DNA of 11,573 nt from a virus (lineage: Duplodnaviria; Heunggongvirae; Uroviricota; Caudoviricetes). Under the pieces are notes generated by a model. That model was not told the DNA's origin and ran no database searches. It was given only the letters and a program-made list of their open reading frames with translations. Of the stretch, positions 8,118 through 11,573 are shown piece after piece; position 1 is the stretch's first letter, and each line of letters begins with the position of its first letter. The DNA lies in IMG/VR virus record IMGVR_UViG_3300012974_000418; one strand, written 5' to 3'. The translations under genes and the position numbers were made by a program.

Positions 8118-8603
8118 ATGAAAAAATCACTATTAATTATCCCGCTTCTGCTGGCTGGATGCGCAAAAGTAAGTGACTATCAAGCAAGTTGCGAACAACG
8201 CTATCCAAAGCTTAGTGATATGGCTAATTGCCTTGATGCCAGCGTGAAGAACGACTCACGCATGGCATCAGCACCAACACCTAAGCTGTATGTCCTTGCT
8301 GCGAAGATGCTCGGGCAAGGTGTCGATGAAGGCAAGATAAGTGACGCACAGGCAAGACTTGAGCTTCAGAATCTTTATGTTCAATTACAAAGCCAAGAAC
8401 AAGCCCAACAAATAGCACAAAGCCAAGCATTCCAGCAGGCTTTATTGAATTATCAGGCTGTAAACACAATGCAAGCGATCGAGCAAAAAGCGAGACAGCC
8501 TGTTATAACTCAACCTTACCCAACGCGTGTTGACACCTATACAAACTGCAATTCAGGATTTGGAAATACCGTCACATGCAACAGTAGCAGCAACATTAGA
8601 TAA
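8118..8603 (+). CDS. Predicted outer-membrane lipoprotein of unknown function with a Gln-rich predicted helical region
   Basis: 161-aa ORF; lipobox LLAG-C with Cys at position 15 and Ala at +2 (no Asp inner-membrane retention signal); Q-rich segment (QLQSQEQAQQIAQSQAFQQALLNYQA); same strand as and downstream of mnt. Confidence 0.65.
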   Translation: MKKSLLIIPLLLAGCAKVSDYQASCEQRYPKLSDMANCLDASVKNDSRMASAPTPKLYVLAAKMLGQGVDEGKISDAQARLELQNLYVQLQSQEQAQQIAQSQAFQQALLNYQAVNTMQAIEQKARQPVITQPYPTRVDTYTNCNSGFGNTVTCNSSSNIR

Positions 8604-8605
8604 AG

Positions 8606-10717
8606 CTATTCATATTCATTCATACCGCTTAACGAGGCGACAATACCAACTCTCGACAAGCGATTGAATTCATCGCTACCAATAGCATCGCGTATTGCTT
8701 TTACGGCGGCTTTATTTGCCATAAATCTGCGTTCAGCCGCCGCTAATGCACCATCACTTGCCCCAACCTTAACTGCCTTTGTTGCCTCTTGGACAGCCTT
8801 TTCAATCGCGTAACGACCACTGCGGGATGCAGCTAACTTTTCTATCGTCCCTTTAGCTATAGATCCAGAAACAGCCCCCACAACACCGCCAACAATCCCG
8901 CCACCAGTGGTACCAACAATAGCCCCTGATGTTGAATTGCCTATTGCATTGAGAACTGTCATGACAGCTTTTGGCAGCCCTTGCTCAAGAGAGTTAATAG
9001 CCGGTATAGAGCGCCCCGTATGCTCTACATATCGCAGTGGTCTGGTTGCTGCTCTGGCAAGGTCGCTGTATGCCCTAGCAATCTTACCCATTTCTGGCGA
9101 GTGCCTGCTAATGGCAGTAATGTTCTGCGGCGTAAGGATCGACGCTATATGGAATACGCCAGCAGACTCTGATTTACCGCCACGCACCCCTTGCGATACC
9201 GCATCTTGTAATATTGATGCAATTGCTGGAGATCGCTCAGACTCTGGCAGTGAGCCAATAATCTGATGAAACTTTCCTGTCCCACTTTTTGATGAATTTT
9301 GCAAGGCTTTAATACCATCAGTGACTAACTGATCAGTTGCAAGGTTTCTAAACGCTGCTTCAGCCTGTTCTTGTGCTGTAAATCTTGCTTTTGACAGATC
9401 ATTAGCTTTTTGCCAGTCATCAAGAAAACCGCCATTTTGAGCCATTATGCGCATATCTTCCGTTGCTGCATCACGAAGCTCCGCCATGCGCCTTGCCGTA
9501 TTTGCCTCACCAGACCTTATATACTTCTGCTCAGCGTCAGCAAGTTTACTTCGCCATGCCTTCATGGCATCAAACGTGATTCCTTTTTTACCAGTTTTAG
9601 CATAAGCAGATGCAAATTGTTTCATCTCAGGAGTTAGCGGCATGCCAGCCAAAATATCACCCTGAATTGTAGCGTTCAGGTTTGACATTCTGGCCTTTGC
9701 GTCAGGCATCGTGGAGCGGACGCTATCCCATGCTGCCTTTTCTGAGTTCTTCATTTTATCAATACTTGCTAAAACCCTTTGTTTTATGGCTGCACTTTTT
9801 TCTGATGCAGATCCAGCCTCAGCACCAAGTTCATCAAGTGCTGAGTGGAATTTCGACTGTATTTCACTAAACGCCCTAGTATGTGCATCCTGAACAATTC
9901 CTGGTTCGGATGCCAATATCCCTTCGGCTTGTGCAATTCCACGACTTCCAGATCGCATTCCTGGTGTTAATGCGTTTATATCAATTCCAGCAGACTCAGC
10001 CGCTTTTGCTACATCTTCGGACACATTAGCGGCCTGACTGGCAATTGACTGACGCCCAGCACCTGACTTTGCCATCCTGGAAACATCATTAGCAGAATTC
10101 AGTGCTGCACCACCAAGAGCCTGTGAAACCCTTGGCGCAATAACGCGCCCGACACCTGAAAGAACGCCTTGAGCACCAATATTGATACCACCGTTAATGG
10201 CAGCATTTTGTGCAAAATCACCCTCCTGATTTGCAGCATCAGCAAGAGAACCTGCAATCATGTTTCCTGCGGAACCGATATCTCCAGCGAGCTTTGCTGG
10301 CGCTCCAGCAGCTTTTGCCGCTGTGCCAATTGGCAGGAGATACCCACCAATTGTTTCACCGGCTTGCGCATAAGGGTCTGTCGGTCGATCGACTGGACGA
10401 TAGACATCATCCAAAACCTTGGGGCCACCAAGCCCCTGGCTGATTGCATTAATCAGACTTGCGCCACCCTGCAATACGTCAAATGGTATGTTTACCAGAC
10501 CACGGCCAGCCTGTTCTGCAATTTGCCCTGCGCTTTGACCACCAGTGAGCCAGTCAGTGGCTTTTCCTACCAGAGATTGTTCTTCTGGCTGCGATTGGTT
10601 TTGAGTGGATTGATCACCAGAAGACAGCATCTGAGCAATGCGACGTGCTCCCTCAGTATCGCCGGCAGCATCAGCATTCCTTAACGCCGTCATCAACTGT
10701 TCGCGACTATAGGCCAT
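8606..10717 (-). CDS. Internal virion/DNA-ejection protein (P22 gp16-like by position), Ala/Gly-rich
   Basis: 703-aa ORF, the last late-strand gene before the immunity module, as gene 16 is in P22. Low-complexity A/G/S-rich composition with a glycine-zipper-like segment ([22 protein letters not shown]) near the C-terminus. Its ATG overlaps the upstream gene stop (TAATG). Confidence 0.55.
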   Translation of the reverse strand: MAYSREQLMTALRNADAAGDTEGARRIAQMLSSGDQSTQNQSQPEEQSLVGKATDWLTGGQSAGQIAEQAGRGLVNIPFDVLQGGASLINAISQGLGGPKVLDDVYRPVDRPTDPYAQAGETIGGYLLPIGTAAKAAGAPAKLAGDIGSAGNMIAGSLADAANQEGDFAQNAAINGGINIGAQGVLSGVGRVIAPRVSQALGGAALNSANDVSRMAKSGAGRQSIASQAANVSEDVAKAAESAGIDINALTPGMRSGSRGIAQAEGILASEPGIVQDAHTRAFSEIQSKFHSALDELGAEAGSASEKSAAIKQRVLASIDKMKNSEKAAWDSVRSTMPDAKARMSNLNATIQGDILAGMPLTPEMKQFASAYAKTGKKGITFDAMKAWRSKLADAEQKYIRSGEANTARRMAELRDAATEDMRIMAQNGGFLDDWQKANDLSKARFTAQEQAEAAFRNLATDQLVTDGIKALQNSSKSGTGKFHQIIGSLPESERSPAIASILQDAVSQGVRGGKSESAGVFHIASILTPQNITAISRHSPEMGKIARAYSDLARAATRPLRYVEHTGRSIPAINSLEQGLPKAVMTVLNAIGNSTSGAIVGTTGGGIVGGVVGAVSGSIAKGTIEKLAASRSGRYAIEKAVQEATKAVKVGASDGALAAAERRFMANKAAVKAIRDAIGSDEFNRLSRVGIVASLSGMNEYE

Positions 10718-11199
10718 TACTGCCCTCCGAGATATTTATTAATCAGGTCATCATCAGAAAGCTGCTGTTGAGACGGTTGTATGTCCTTCCCGTATTTCTG
10801 TTGCATACGTTTCTGAGCCATCTCAGTGGTTTTTATGATTGTTTTGATGGCTGCTCTGGCTGATTTTTCAGACTGATTTGGGGACAAACTACCAATAGCA
10901 TCCATTACCTTTTGCCCCTCGGCATTACTTAAAGCCCCCATCCCTTTCATCTGCTGAATGCCAGATAAGAATCCCTGAGATTTCAGTGTGTCAACCAGAG
11001 TTTCTGTATCAGCAGCCTCTGTTCCTGGAATGAATCTACTCGATAGTGGGTTTAGGTTTGTTCCGAAATATCCAGTGAATCCTGGGCTATTAAGAACTTT
11101 TGTAGCCGTCTCTATCGTTCTGGAGAGATTATCCATTCCAGAGTTGTACGCATCGGCCTTATCTCGCTTTGCCTGCTCCATAGCTTGCTGATTCTGCAA
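10717..11199 (-). CDS. Virion internal (ejection) protein candidate, 160 aa with TTG start; possibly the C-terminal part of a gene interrupted by an in-frame amber codon
   Basis: ORF starts at TTG (11197..11199) with AGGA 7 nt upstream; same frame as the upstream ORF, separated from it by a TAG at 11209..11211 and three sense codons; Q/N/A-rich. Confidence 0.5.
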   Translation of the reverse strand: MQNQQAMEQAKRDKADAYNSGMDNLSRTIETATKVLNSPGFTGYFGTNLNPLSSRFIPGTEAADTETLVDTLKSQGFLSGIQQMKGMGALSNAEGQKVMDAIGSLSPNQSEKSARAAIKTIIKTTEMAQKRMQQKYGKDIQPSQQQLSDDDLINKYLGGQ

Positions 11200-11208
11200 T
11201 CTCTTGTC

Positions 11209-11573
11209 CTACAATTCAGCAAGTTTTAAGGCATTAGTTTCATTTGCGATGAGTCTGTCGTATTTCTTGTCCTCTAATTCCATCCGACGAAGATTGACAT
11301 TTTGTTGCGCAATATTGTTGCTTGCCCACCCTCTGGCATTTGTCATGTCATTATTACGGATTGTTTCGTTAATTCTTTGCTGATCCTGCTGGCGGCCAAC
11401 CATCTTGTCCTGAACATTGAAGTAGTCAATCGGACCAAGAGCAGCCATTCCAAGGTGATCAACAAACTCACCAAATCCTGAAGGGTTCTGCTGATACATC
11501 TGAGCAACGCTGTTAGGGTCAACACCGACGCGAGTCAGTTCCTTGGCGTTGTTTTGCAGCCATGATTGCATTG
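11209..11573 (-). CDS. Virion internal (ejection) protein candidate (gp20/gp7-like by position); likely 5'-truncated by the window edge
   Basis: Open frame from the window edge to the TAG at 11209..11211; the ATG at 11569..11571 is only the first start inside the window and the true start may lie upstream. Confidence 0.5.
   Translation of the reverse strand, partial: MQSWLQNNAKELTRVGVDPNSVAQMYQQNPSGFGEFVDHLGMAALGPIDYFNVQDKMVGRQQDQQRINETIRNNDMTNARGWASNNIAQQNVNLRRMELEDKKYDRLIANETNALKLAEL

Larger units (their letters stand above)
2860..11573. mobile_element. Left portion of a P22-like (Sf6/HK620/CUS-3-type) prophage integrated at tRNA-Arg; continues beyond the right window edge
   Basis: Integrase directly downstream of the tRNA, then tailspike, ant/arc/mnt immunity module and ejection-protein-like genes in P22 gene order. 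The left boundary is approximate: the att core is assumed to overlap the tRNA 3' end. Confidence 0.8.

Noticed and set aside
8380-8460. Gln-rich repetitive stretch in the lipoprotein gene as a possible DNA tandem repeat
   Set aside because: It is protein-level low complexity (CAA/CAG-rich codons) without a clean nucleotide repeat unit.
8281-8469. 62-aa minus-strand ORF inside the lipoprotein gene
   Set aside because: Antisense shadow ORF.
8907-10863. Plus-strand ORFs antisense to the gp16-like and adjacent gene (8907..9266, 8981..9172, 9410..9637, 9682..9870, 9711..9893, 10169..10684, 10210..10443, 10645..10863) and nested minus ORF 10258..10449
   Set aside because: All lie within the long minus-strand ORFs; none has convincing signals.
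10988-11525. ORFs 10988..11191 (+) and 11343..11525 (-) in the ejection-protein region
   Set aside because: Overlap the same-frame minus-strand genes out of frame or antisense.
1-11573. CRISPR array, IS element or transposase
   Set aside because: No regularly spaced direct repeats, terminal inverted repeats or transposase-like ORFs were seen.

Overview
The window reads as an Escherichia/Shigella-type chromosomal segment that runs into the left end of a P22-like (Sf6/HK620/CUS-3-type) prophage integrated at the tRNA-Arg(CCU) gene. Host part (1..2877): the 3' end of a yfdF-like ORF, mlaA/vacJ lipoprotein (-), the formate/nitrite-transporter-family gene yfdC (+) and tRNA-Arg (argW-like, + strand). 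Prophage part (about 2860 to the window end): an IntS-type tyrosine integrase reading away from the tRNA; a convergent tailspike with a P22 gp9-like N-terminal head-binding domain and an unrelated receptor-binding body; an immI-type module (antirepressor, Arc-like and Mnt-like ribbon-helix-helix repressors, divergent promoters, a predicted sar-like antisense RNA); a two-gene cassette of exported proteins downstream of mnt; and three minus-strand internal virion (ejection-protein-like) genes. The most interesting candidate is the exported-protein pair (secreted protein plus outer-membrane lipoprotein) sitting where P22 carries sieA: a possible undescribed superinfection-exclusion or lysogenic-conversion module. 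All homology statements rest on reading the translations and on gene order; no database search was run.
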